Source: Bacteroidaceae bacterium
GTDB taxonomy: Bacteria; Bacteroidota; Bacteroidia; Bacteroidales; Bacteroidaceae
NCBI GenBank assembly: GCA_017520935.1
Contig: JAFXEF010000045.1
Coordinates: 44,469 to 108,468 of the forward strand
Direction: 5' to 3'
Length of the DNA stretch: 64,000 nucleotides
In this document: positions 45,905 to 54,212 of the stretch, piece by piece
Layout: each line of letters opens with the position of its first letter
Numbering within the stretch: the stretch's first letter is position 1
Notes under the pieces: generated by a model
What the model was told of the DNA's origin: nothing
The model's database searches: none
Seen by the model: the letters and a program-made list of their open reading frames with translations, nothing else
Position numbers and translations under genes: made by a program

Positions 45905-48136
45905 ATGGCAAAAACAAAGAAATACGTATGGAGCTTTGAGAACATCGGAGGCTCTACACGCGTGAAAATCACGTCAGGAGCTGACATAGCCCACCTCGAC
46001 GAGTTGGATCCCAAGATGTGGACCGCCCTATCCTGCCCTGCAAGCGGATTGGAAATCGATGAGAAGAGTTTGAAATACTTTGACACCGACAGCGATGGCA
46101 AGATACGTGTCAACGACGTTGTGGCTACCGCAAAGTGGGTGACATCAGTCATCAAGAATGCCGACTTGCTGTTGGGCGAGCACGATCACCTCGACATAGA
46201 GCAACTGAACAAGGAAGATGCCAATGGCATGAAGCTGTACAACTCGGCCAAGCAGATACTTGCCAATCTGAACAAGGAGGGCACGGTAATCTCACTGGCC
46301 GATACTGCCGACAATGCGGCTATCTTTGCCAAGACACGCTTCAACGGTGACGGCATCATCACCGAACTCACCACCAACGACCTCGACGAGAAAGCAGCCA
46401 TCACAGCAGCCATCGCATCGGTAGGCAGTGTGGCTGACCGCAGTGGTGAGAAGGGGGTGAATGCCGAACTGATAGAAAAATTCTACCAGGCACTGACCGA
46501 CTATGCCGCATGGCAAGCCGCAGCTGTAGAGGTGCCTTATGGTGCCGACACCGACAAAGCTTTGGAAGCATACCATGCACTTGATGCCAAAGTGAAAGAC
46601 TACTTCGTACGCGCTAAATTGGCCACATTCTCTCCTGAGAGCACTGGCAAGTTAGACGTGCAAACTGCACTCATCGAAGCCATCAGTGCCGACAACCTCA
46701 CAGGAAAAACCGAAGAAATCGCAGCCTACCCCATCGCACGCATCACTGACAAGAAGGAGCTGGATCTGGATGCCCCCATCAACCCTGCTTGGGCTGCACA
46801 GTTCAACACACTTATGGGCATTGTGAAACCCGCTGAGAAGACACTCACCGAAGAGGCCTGGACAGCTATCGGGGCGACCTTCGCTGCCTACAACGCCTGG
46901 AAAGATGCCAAGAAGGGTGCCGAAGTGGAGGCATTGGGTATGGACACCATAAACAAGCTCATCGCCGATGATAAGAAACAAGCACTGCTCGATCTCGTGG
47001 CACAGGATGCCGCACTCAAAGAGGAGGCCGAGAGCATAGAGATGGTGGATAAGCTACTCCACGTATATCGCGACCTGTATCGTCTGTTGCGTAACTTTGT
47101 CACCTTCCACGACTTCTACAACAAGAGCCAAAAGGTGAACGCCGTGTTCCAAAACGGACGGCTCATCATTGACCAGCGCGAATGCCGCATGTGTATGAAG
47201 GTGACCGACATGGCCAAGCACAACAGCTCGGCAGGGACGAGCGGCATGTATCTCGTATATTGCGACTGTACCACGACCACCAAGCCCGGGAAGATCACCA
47301 TCGTGGCTGCTGTCACCGTGGGCGACATAGGTGACCTCATCGTAGGTAAAAATGCAATCTACTACGACAGTGAGGGTATAGTATGGGATGCCGTCATCAC
47401 GAAGATTATTGATAACCCCATCAGTGTGGGACAAGCCTTCTGGTCACCCTACCGCCGTATGGCAACTACCATAGAAAACCTCATCAGCAAGAATGCAGCA
47501 GAAAAGGATGCGGGTATCATGAAGGATATTGATACCAAAATCAATGCCGCACCTGCCGTAGCAGCCAACAAGGATGCTGCCAAAGCACCGGCACAACCGT
47601 TCGACATAGGTAAGTTTGCCGGCATCTTTGCTGCCTTAGGCATGGCAGTCGGCATGATTGGCACTGCCTTAACCGCCATATTCAAGGGAATCTTTGCCCT
47701 CAAGTGGTGGCAGTTGATTGCCGCATTCGTCGGTATCATGCTCGTCATATCAGGCCCTGCCATGATTATGGCTTGGCTGAAGCTACGTCGTCGCAACATA
47801 GCCCCGTTGCTCAATGCCAACGGATGGGCCGTGAATGCCGCTTCGAAGATAAGCATCCCCTTCGGCGAGACACTGACCGACATTGCCAAATTCCCGAAGC
47901 TGAAACTGAAGGATCCCTATGCCAAGAAGGGGCTCGCCACATGGAAAAAGTGGTGCATCGCAGTAGCGACACTGGCTGTAGTGATTGTAGCCCTATGGCT
48001 CACCAACCTCATGGCTTGGGCTAAGCTGCCCTCTCCCCTGCCCTTCTTCAACAAAGAAAAGGTGGAGGTTGTAGAAGCTGCCGATACCGTGGAGGCAACT
48101 GAGACTGCCGTTGCTGACAGCACTGTAGTTCAATAA
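45905..48136 (+). CDS. Large membrane-anchored protein of unknown function with EF-hand-like loop
   Basis: DTDSDGKIRVND fits a D-x-D-x-D-G-x-I-x-x-x-D calcium-binding loop. The C-terminal third contains several hydrophobic helices. Confidence 0.6.
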   Translation: MAKTKKYVWSFENIGGSTRVKITSGADIAHLDELDPKMWTALSCPASGLEIDEKSLKYFDTDSDGKIRVNDVVATAKWVTSVIKNADLLLGEHDHLDIEQLNKEDANGMKLYNSAKQILANLNKEGTVISLADTADNAAIFAKTRFNGDGIITELTTNDLDEKAAITAAIASVGSVADRSGEKGVNAELIEKFYQALTDYAAWQAAAVEVPYGADTDKALEAYHALDAKVKDYFVRAKLATFSPESTGKLDVQTALIEAISADNLTGKTEEIAAYPIARITDKKELDLDAPINPAWAAQFNTLMGIVKPAEKTLTEEAWTAIGATFAAYNAWKDAKKGAEVEALGMDTINKLIADDKKQALLDLVAQDAALKEEAESIEMVDKLLHVYRDLYRLLRNFVTFHDFYNKSQKVNAVFQNGRLIIDQRECRMCMKVTDMAKHNSSAGTSGMYLVYCDCTTTTKPGKITIVAAVTVGDIGDLIVGKNAIYYDSEGIVWDAVITKIIDNPISVGQAFWSPYRRMATTIENLISKNAAEKDAGIMKDIDTKINAAPAVAANKDAAKAPAQPFDIGKFAGIFAALGMAVGMIGTALTAIFKGIFALKWWQLIAAFVGIMLVISGPAMIMAWLKLRRRNIAPLLNANGWAVNAASKISIPFGETLTDIAKFPKLKLKDPYAKKGLATWKKWCIAVATLAVVIVALWLTNLMAWAKLPSPLPFFNKEKVEVVEAADTVEATETAVADSTVVQ

Positions 48137-48156
48137 CAAATCACTCGCATAAATAC

Positions 48157-48189
48157 GGGAAAGCCTTCGCTGTTTTGCGAGGGCTTCCC
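48157..48189 (+). terminator. Candidate intrinsic terminator hairpin
   Basis: GGGAAAGCCTTCGC-TGTTTT-GCGAGGGCTTCCC forms a 13-bp stem with one bulge and one G-U pair, 20 nt after the stop. No clear U-tract follows. Confidence 0.4.
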
Positions 48190-48221
48190 TTGCTTAGATA
48201 TATATAATGGCGAATTAGTAT

Positions 48222-49412
48222 ATGCGTTCTCTCTTCACCCCAAGCTACTGCTTGATGCTGGCTGCCAACTTCCTGATGTTTTTCGGCTTCTGGATGCTGG
48301 TTCCCGTATTGCCCTTCTACCTGGCCGAGACCTTTGCTGCCGAGGGCACGTTCATCGGCATCATTCTCTCGTGCTACACCGTATCGGCACTGTGCATACG
48401 TCCCTTCTCGGGATACCTAATCGACATGTTTGCCCGGAAACCGCTCTATGTGATTGCCTACGCCATCTTCACGGTGATCTTCTTGGGCTATCACCTGTCG
48501 ACCTCGATAGTGCTGTTTACCATGTTTCGTATCGTCCATGGACTCGCCTTTGGTACCACCTCGGTAGGGGGCAACACCATAGTCATAGATATACTCCCTA
48601 CCGAGCGACGTGGTGAGGGACTGGGCTACTTCGGCTTGACCAACAACTTCGCGATGTCTATAGGTCCCATGATTGGACTCTTCCTACATAACGCCGTGTC
48701 GTTCGATGTCATCTTCATGCTCGCTTTTGCCGCCAGCGCCATCGGATTAGTGTGTGCCCTGCTGGTAAAGACACCCCCCAAGCCAAAGAACAAGCGTGAC
48801 CCCCTCTCGCTCGACCGATTTATTCTGAAGAAGGGACTACCCGCAGGGCTCACTCTGCTGCTGCTATCCATCCCCTACGGCATGACCACAAACTACGTAG
48901 CCATCTATGCCGAGAGCATAGGTGTCACATACAACACCGGGCTTTTCTTCTCCTGCATGGCCATAGGACTCGCCATATCGCGTATCTTCTCGGGACGCAT
49001 GGTAGATCGCGGCATGCTCACCCGCCTCATCGCCTGGGGTATGCACGGTGTGCTCGTATGCTTTGCCCTGCTGGCCGCCTGCCGCTACATAGCGATGTGG
49101 AACACTACACTATGCAGCGTCATCTTCTTTACTATTGCCGGAGGACTGGGAGTGGGGTTCGGCACGATGTTTCCCGCCTACAATACGCTGTTTGTCAATC
49201 TCGCACCAAACTCCAAGCGTGGCACTGCCACCTCCACCTACCTCACCTCGTGGGATGTAGGCATTGGCATAGGCATGCTCTTGGGAGGATATATTAGCGA
49301 GGTGTCATCGCTCAGCTACGGATATATGCTCGGTGCCATGCTCACACTTGCCTCACTTATATACTACAACAAGGTAGCGACCCCCCACTTCATGAGAAAC
49401 AAATTACGATGA
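48222..49412 (+). CDS. MFS transporter
   Basis: 396 aa with about 12 hydrophobic segments and the loop motif RPFSGYLIDMFARKP between TM2 and TM3. Confidence 0.8.
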   Translation: MRSLFTPSYCLMLAANFLMFFGFWMLVPVLPFYLAETFAAEGTFIGIILSCYTVSALCIRPFSGYLIDMFARKPLYVIAYAIFTVIFLGYHLSTSIVLFTMFRIVHGLAFGTTSVGGNTIVIDILPTERRGEGLGYFGLTNNFAMSIGPMIGLFLHNAVSFDVIFMLAFAASAIGLVCALLVKTPPKPKNKRDPLSLDRFILKKGLPAGLTLLLLSIPYGMTTNYVAIYAESIGVTYNTGLFFSCMAIGLAISRIFSGRMVDRGMLTRLIAWGMHGVLVCFALLAACRYIAMWNTTLCSVIFFTIAGGLGVGFGTMFPAYNTLFVNLAPNSKRGTATSTYLTSWDVGIGIGMLLGGYISEVSSLSYGYMLGAMLTLASLIYYNKVATPHFMRNKLR

Positions 49413-49445
49413 GCGCCACACACTGATGATGCTGATGTTCGTCCG

Positions 49446-49498
49446 AATCTCTTGGGGAGAGATTAATCATAACTTACGCTTCGGTTTATCGTAAGTTA
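49446..49498 (+). terminator. Two consecutive hairpins after the MFS gene
   Basis: AATCTCT-TGGGG-AGAGATT lies at 49446-49464. TAACTTACG-(11 nt)-CGTAAGTTA lies at 49470-49498. Confidence 0.4.
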
Positions 49499-49620
49499 AG
49501 GCTACACCTGAGGCAACCTTCCCGAGCACCTGCTCCGATGCCGTACCGTACCTGCGGCATAATGTATGTATCGCCGGACAAACAGCCTTTGATGCAAAAA
49601 AACACCCTCACGAAGAAAAT

Positions 49621-49666
49621 TTTGTTTCTACGCGATGAAAATTTTGTTTTATCGCGTAGAAACAAA
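49621..49666. repeat. Perfect 16-bp inverted repeat TTTGTTTCTACGCGAT / ATCGCGTAGAAACAAA with 14-nt loop
   Basis: The arms are 49621-49636 and 49651-49666. The loop GAAAATTTTGTTTT repeats the 13 nt that precede the left arm's CTACGCGAT. Confidence 0.85.
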
Positions 49667-49826
49667 AATCGCCCCCACGGCAAGGGGAGAATCTGCTGCC
49701 GTGAACTGTCCGCGGACAAACGGTATTGGCCGGACAGCCATTGGTGAATATAAAGAAAAGCTATATCTTTGCCTATTGAGCCTTTTTTCAAGTTCATCAC
49801 TCCAAATGTCGGATGAACCAAAAATA

Positions 49827-49910
49827 AATCATAAGTTCAGATTAAGTAATCACAAGTTTTGATTACTTAATTATAAGTTGTGATTAAGTAATCATAAGTT
49901 ATGATTTGAC
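49827..49910. repeat. Stutter tract (GATTAAGTAATCAYAAGTT units) containing an 11-bp perfect inverted repeat
   Basis: ATTAAGTAATC (49841-49851) pairs with GATTACTTAAT (49861-49871). Direct copies of gattaagtaatca lie at about 49840 and 49882. Confidence 0.8.
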
Positions 49911-50060
49911 TTTACATCATAGTCGTTGTATATTTCCCCTAAAAGAACATCCCTCTTTTATATAACAGACGGCAGGTATATTATCACACGATGAAGGTTC
50001 TTCGGAAGATTGGAAACAATTTTCGCAATATAAGGCAAGATAAAAAAATAATCTTAAGTT

Positions 50061-50093
50061 TTTGTACATTATAAATAAAATTCACTACCTTTG
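50061..50093 (+). promoter_or_regulatory. Candidate promoter of the radical SAM operon (-33 TTTG, -7 TAccTTTG)
   Basis: TTTG is at 50061-50064 and TACCTTTG at 50086-50093, followed by CAACGG as at the methyltransferase promoter. Confidence 0.5.
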
Positions 50094-50503
50094 CAACGGA
50101 GAACCCACGCTGAGCCTTTTCGTATGGAAAGGGGGTTGGGGTGGGTATTCTTTGACATATTAAAGAAAGACGTTTACTTGACGTTTTGTCTTTGACTCTA
50201 CGGAATCTCGCAAATTCTATAAATCAGTCAAAAGCAAAGCAATGGTAGATGTCTGCGGGATATGTAATATACGTATGGCATATCGTGCGTGAGGATTCTG
50301 CGGGGCATCATTCGGTATACCCGTACCTTGGCCGTCATACTCTACATATCAGCGTGGGCTTCTGCGTTGCTCGTTTCGACTGATTGGGCAATGCGAGAGC
50401 CTCGTAGAGTGGGACGAGTAACAGGTACAGATTCCCACGTCTTTTTATTTTAAACATGAACCACTCGGTTCGGGGAGTCTACGAGTACATAGAGTACCGT
50501 ATT
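50094..50503 (+). ncRNA. Candidate structured 5' leader (cis-regulatory RNA) of unknown class
   Basis: Long-range complementarities: 50104-50113 with 50349-50358 (10 bp perfect); 50195-50202 with 50403-50410 (8 bp) plus 50207-50212 with 50392-50397 (6 bp); 50222-50229 with 50378-50385 (8 bp). No ORF of 60 or more codons. No known riboswitch signature recognised. Confidence 0.45.
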
Positions 50504-51097
50504 ATGACTTTTACGAGACATCTGATAGTAGGAGTTTCTATCTTATCGCTCATTATGAGTAGCTGCAACAAAGAAGATTTTGCTCCCAAACACCCACAAA
50601 CTCAATCGGCTACAATATCAGACTTACAGAAGGTATGGGTAGGTGAATATGAAGGCTGGGATTCGTTGATGAATGCCAAAATGAAAATCATGAGGCAGTT
50701 AGCTCTAAACCCGGATAGCACCTATACCAATGTGCTTGGTGCAGTAATAGATTTACCCAATGCAAGCAAAGAACCTGCTCCGATAGAAAAGGAGGCCGGA
50801 ACTTACGAAATCATTCTTGATGACAGTGCACAGACAGCCACCGTGTGCTTCACTGTGGCATATGATTCCATTATTGATTTTGGCACACAAGTATTCATGG
50901 GGTATGACCACAAACATTATAGGACCTCCGACGGTATAGAACATGAAGATACGATTTATCAACAATATTTTAGAATCTTGCGAGGCAAGGAGGGCTCATT
51001 TCAATTGGAGGCTACAGATTCCCTCATGTATTCGATTGACGGCAATGGTTTGCCAATAGTGTATCTTATGAATGTGGCAAGGATGAAACCTGAATAA
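50504..51097 (+). CDS. Lipoprotein, paralog 1
   Basis: It has the signal/lipobox LSLIMSSC from ATG 50504 (track start 50456 is less likely). It shares LQKVWVGEYEG...YTN...KE.GTY...YDS.ID motifs with the next gene. Confidence 0.65.
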   Translation: MTFTRHLIVGVSILSLIMSSCNKEDFAPKHPQTQSATISDLQKVWVGEYEGWDSLMNAKMKIMRQLALNPDSTYTNVLGAVIDLPNASKEPAPIEKEAGTYEIILDDSAQTATVCFTVAYDSIIDFGTQVFMGYDHKHYRTSDGIEHEDTIYQQYFRILRGKEGSFQLEATDSLMYSIDGNGLPIVYLMNVARMKPE

Positions 51098-51131
51098 CAA
51101 ATTCATTATTAACAAATAAAAAAGAATCATT

Positions 51132-51740
51132 ATGAAAAAGTATTTGTATTTCGCATCGATGTTTGCTCTGTGTTTAACTTTTAACGCCTGTTGCGAAGAA
51201 GATGATCCAGTTATTGATCCAGTTAATTCTGACGACCAAGTCGTGAAGACATTTGAGATTGACGAGGATTATATCCCTACCAAATCTGATATCCAAAAAA
51301 CTTGGGCCGGTAAATATGAAGGCAACGATGCAAAACAGGAAGCAAAAACAATGATCAAGCGCAAACTGACTTTAAATGCGAATGGAACGTACACCAATAT
51401 AATCGAAGGTATTTTAGTAAAGTCCAACGAAGAGATATACACACCGTTTGAGAAGGAGAAAGGTACATATCAATACAACAATGGTGTTATTACATATACC
51501 GTACAGTATGACTCCCTGATTGACTATCAGACACTTCACTATATCGGTTATACAAAAAAACACTACTATTCTGCTGATGGCAAGAACAGTAACGACAAGG
51601 CTAACTATACAGAAAATGCCATGTTCTCAGTACTAAAAAAAGGTCAAAGAAAGTGGATATCCAAAGATACCTATCTACAGCAACTTACAGATGAAGAACT
51701 TGATCTGTATTTTGAAATGGATGTTTATACAGAGGAATAG
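51132..51740 (+). CDS. Lipoprotein, paralog 2
   Basis: It has the signal/lipobox LTFNAC and is clearly alignable to 50504..51097. Confidence 0.65.
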   Translation: MKKYLYFASMFALCLTFNACCEEDDPVIDPVNSDDQVVKTFEIDEDYIPTKSDIQKTWAGKYEGNDAKQEAKTMIKRKLTLNANGTYTNIIEGILVKSNEEIYTPFEKEKGTYQYNNGVITYTVQYDSLIDYQTLHYIGYTKKHYYSADGKNSNDKANYTENAMFSVLKKGQRKWISKDTYLQQLTDEELDLYFEMDVYTEE

Positions 51741-51746
51741 TATTGT

Positions 51747-52766
51747 ATGAAGGATAGTGGTGAAATAAATTTCCTCCCGGCTTTGCGTCGGGGGGAGTTT
51801 GTACGCGAAGTGCTTTTATCTGCGCTGCAAGCAACAGGGGAAGCTCAGACACAATTGTTTGAGCTGGCACAGCAATGTCGTATTGAAAAATTCCCTGAGA
51901 ATCAAGTTCAAGTACGAAGCGTTATTGAAATTTCGAATGTTTGCCGTCAAAAATGCAAGTACTGTACAATTGGAGCTAATGACCAGAAATTCAATTATAC
52001 CCTTGACTGCAAAAGTATGGTGATGTTGATGGAATATCTCTATACCAAAGGACGGAGAAATATATTGCTTCAATCGGGAGAGAACCTTTCCAAGAAATTT
52101 ATTGACGATGTTGTTTCTGCTGTTGGGGAAATCAAATCTCAACATGCCGATTTACGCATCATCTTGTGTTTGGGTGATTTGTCAAAAACGGATTATCAGC
52201 GTTTGTACGATGCCGGCGCAACCGATTATGTGCTGAAATTTGAGACCTCAAATAAAGAGCTCTTTTCCTATTGCAAACCCAATGATTCACTGGAGCATCG
52301 TTTGCAGTGTGTCCGCACATTGGCAGAGATTGGCTATAGAGTGGGCTCTGGTAATATTATAGGTCTTCCTTCTCAGACTTTAGAGGATATAGTCGACGAT
52401 TTGATTTTGGTGCATGAGTTGCCACTTGCGATGAACAGTACCACTATATTTATACCCGCTGAAGGTTCAGCCTTTGAAAAGGAACCGGCAGGGAATCCTG
52501 TATATACTCTCAACATGATGGCATTGATGCGGATAATGAACCCCCATCGCCTGATGCCAACAACCAGTTCGTTAGAGAAGATGATTCATGATGGTCAATA
52601 TATAGGTTTGTTGGCAGGTGCCAATACGGTAACAATACATGATGGAACTCCAGAGGAGTTACAAGAGTATTTTCCCATTTATTCCTCAAAACGTGTACGT
52701 CCACAGATAGAGCATTTTAAAGACATACTCGAACGGGCAGGGTTAAGAACGGATAATTTATCATAG
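51747..52766 (+). CDS. Radical SAM enzyme, HydE/PylB/BioB-like
   Basis: VIEISNVCRQKCKYCTIGAND contains the CxxxCxxC motif in the context typical of HydE. IIGLPSQTLEDIVDDLILVHEL is also HydE-like. Confidence 0.75.
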   Translation: MKDSGEINFLPALRRGEFVREVLLSALQATGEAQTQLFELAQQCRIEKFPENQVQVRSVIEISNVCRQKCKYCTIGANDQKFNYTLDCKSMVMLMEYLYTKGRRNILLQSGENLSKKFIDDVVSAVGEIKSQHADLRIILCLGDLSKTDYQRLYDAGATDYVLKFETSNKELFSYCKPNDSLEHRLQCVRTLAEIGYRVGSGNIIGLPSQTLEDIVDDLILVHELPLAMNSTTIFIPAEGSAFEKEPAGNPVYTLNMMALMRIMNPHRLMPTTSSLEKMIHDGQYIGLLAGANTVTIHDGTPEELQEYFPIYSSKRVRPQIEHFKDILERAGLRTDNLS

Positions 52767-52779
52767 AATAATAGAATAT

Positions 52780-54201
52780 ATGAAAAGAGATTATAAAGAA
52801 TATATAGCATTATCAGACAATCGCTGGGCCGAATTCCAGGAGTTCCAGCGCTTAGGTCTCATTCCTACACATGGGGATTTCTCTCCAGCCGGCGTACATT
52901 ATCCTCCTATCACCAATTATCCTCCTATCGCACAAGAACTAGCATATCAAGGCTTTGAGGAATTAGAGCGGGGAGTTTTTGATGTATATGTTCATATCCC
53001 ATTCTGTCATAGACGTTGCCTTTTTTGCCACTACCCCTCTCATTATCATTGCAAAGATAGTGAGAAAGATGTTTATCTCGACCATCTGGAGAAAGAGATG
53101 AAGAATTGGTTGGCATTCAGGGGGTTGGAGAAGATAAAAAGCCGTAGTATTTTAATGGGAGGTGGTACTCCCACTGATTTGACTCCGGAACAGTTGAAAC
53201 GGTTCCTCACATTCTTTACAAAGTATGTAGACGTCAGTTCCTGTCCTCAGTTCAATTGGGATGTAGACCCCACGACTTTAGTCGGAGAAGATGGTTTGGA
53301 ACGTCTTCGCATTATCAAGGACTTTCAAGGCGACCGCTTGACTATCGGTGTTCAATCACTTAACGATGAAGTTCTAAAAAAGATGAACCGTTCGCATAAT
53401 GCAGCTACCGCCAAAGAGTCCATCGAGAACTGCTTGAAGATGGGGTTCAAGGTAAATATAGAATTCATATATGGTCATCCGGGCGAGACCTTAGAGAATT
53501 GGATAGACGTTATTGACGAGGCTTGTAATCTCGGAACAGATGAGATTCAACTTTATCGACTGAAAATCGAACCTTACGGAGATCAAGAAGGGACCATCAA
53601 GAGATTTGCGTCGTACAGAGAAAATGAATTGATTTCTGTTGAAGACACTATCCGCATGAAACAGATTAGTGACCAGATCCTTGAGGACTATGGTTACAAT
53701 GAGAATCTGCGTCGTGTATTTACACGAAACAAAAACAATATCTCCATATATGCTTATAACCAATGTTGTCGTTTGAAAGACCAAGTGGGGTTTGGACTTT
53801 CGGCATTCAGTAGCCTTAACGATCGTTTTATGATTAATACACCGGATTTCGATGAGTATTATCGTCGTACAGACGATGGGCTGATTGCTGCAAATAGATG
53901 CCTCATTCGAAACCGCGACCAGCAGATGCGTTGGTCAATTATCCTTCCTTTGAAAAACTATTATATTGACAAGAAACTTTTTAGGAAGATGAATGGGTTT
54001 GATGTCAATTCGGTATTTCAGGACAAGTTTGCACTGCTTAAAGAATATGGACTTGCGACAGAAAACGAGAGGGAAATCCGTCTTACTGACAAAGGAGCCT
54101 TTTACTCTGATGAACTCGTACATCTGTTTTATGAAGACCTGCATCAATCGTTCCCACCCGAGGAATTTAATCCGGGTATTCTTAACCCTTATAACAAATA
54201 G
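52780..54201 (+). CDS. Radical SAM enzyme, HemN-like / class C methyltransferase-like
   Basis: It has VYVHIPFCHRRCLFCHY (CxxxCxxC without the fourth HemN cysteine), GGGTPT and a HemN_C-like tail. Confidence 0.75.
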   Translation: MKRDYKEYIALSDNRWAEFQEFQRLGLIPTHGDFSPAGVHYPPITNYPPIAQELAYQGFEELERGVFDVYVHIPFCHRRCLFCHYPSHYHCKDSEKDVYLDHLEKEMKNWLAFRGLEKIKSRSILMGGGTPTDLTPEQLKRFLTFFTKYVDVSSCPQFNWDVDPTTLVGEDGLERLRIIKDFQGDRLTIGVQSLNDEVLKKMNRSHNAATAKESIENCLKMGFKVNIEFIYGHPGETLENWIDVIDEACNLGTDEIQLYRLKIEPYGDQEGTIKRFASYRENELISVEDTIRMKQISDQILEDYGYNENLRRVFTRNKNNISIYAYNQCCRLKDQVGFGLSAFSSLNDRFMINTPDFDEYYRRTDDGLIAANRCLIRNRDQQMRWSIILPLKNYYIDKKLFRKMNGFDVNSVFQDKFALLKEYGLATENEREIRLTDKGAFYSDELVHLFYEDLHQSFPPEEFNPGILNPYNK

Positions 54202-54212
54202 GAGAAGACTGT

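Noticed and set aside
49486-49821. A 111-aa minus-strand ORF and a 69-aa plus-strand ORF (49538..49747) lie in the long intergenic region.
   Set aside because: Both run through the hairpin and palindrome cluster. They have no motifs and implausible composition, and they overlap each other.
50104-50358. The 10-bp perfect inverted repeat CCCACGCTGA / TCAGCGTGGG, 235 nt apart, might bound an invertible promoter (Bacteroides-type inverton).
   Set aside because: I found no TAnnTTTG box on either strand inside the segment, and the good promoter lies outside it (50061-50093). Other long-range helices interleave with it, which fits RNA structure better. Not excluded; read-orientation analysis of raw reads would settle it.
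50249-50383. A 44-codon ORF (MSAGYVIYVWHIVREDSAGHHSVYPYLGRHTLHISVGFCVARFD) and a 16-codon ORF (MVDVCGICNIRMAYRA, 50243) in the leader might be RiPP precursor peptides for the radical SAM enzymes.
   Set aside because: They overlap the strongest predicted RNA helices. They have no obvious leader/core organisation or repeats. Two lipoprotein genes separate them from the enzymes. I keep them only as a low-probability alternative, testable by ribosome profiling or peptidomics.
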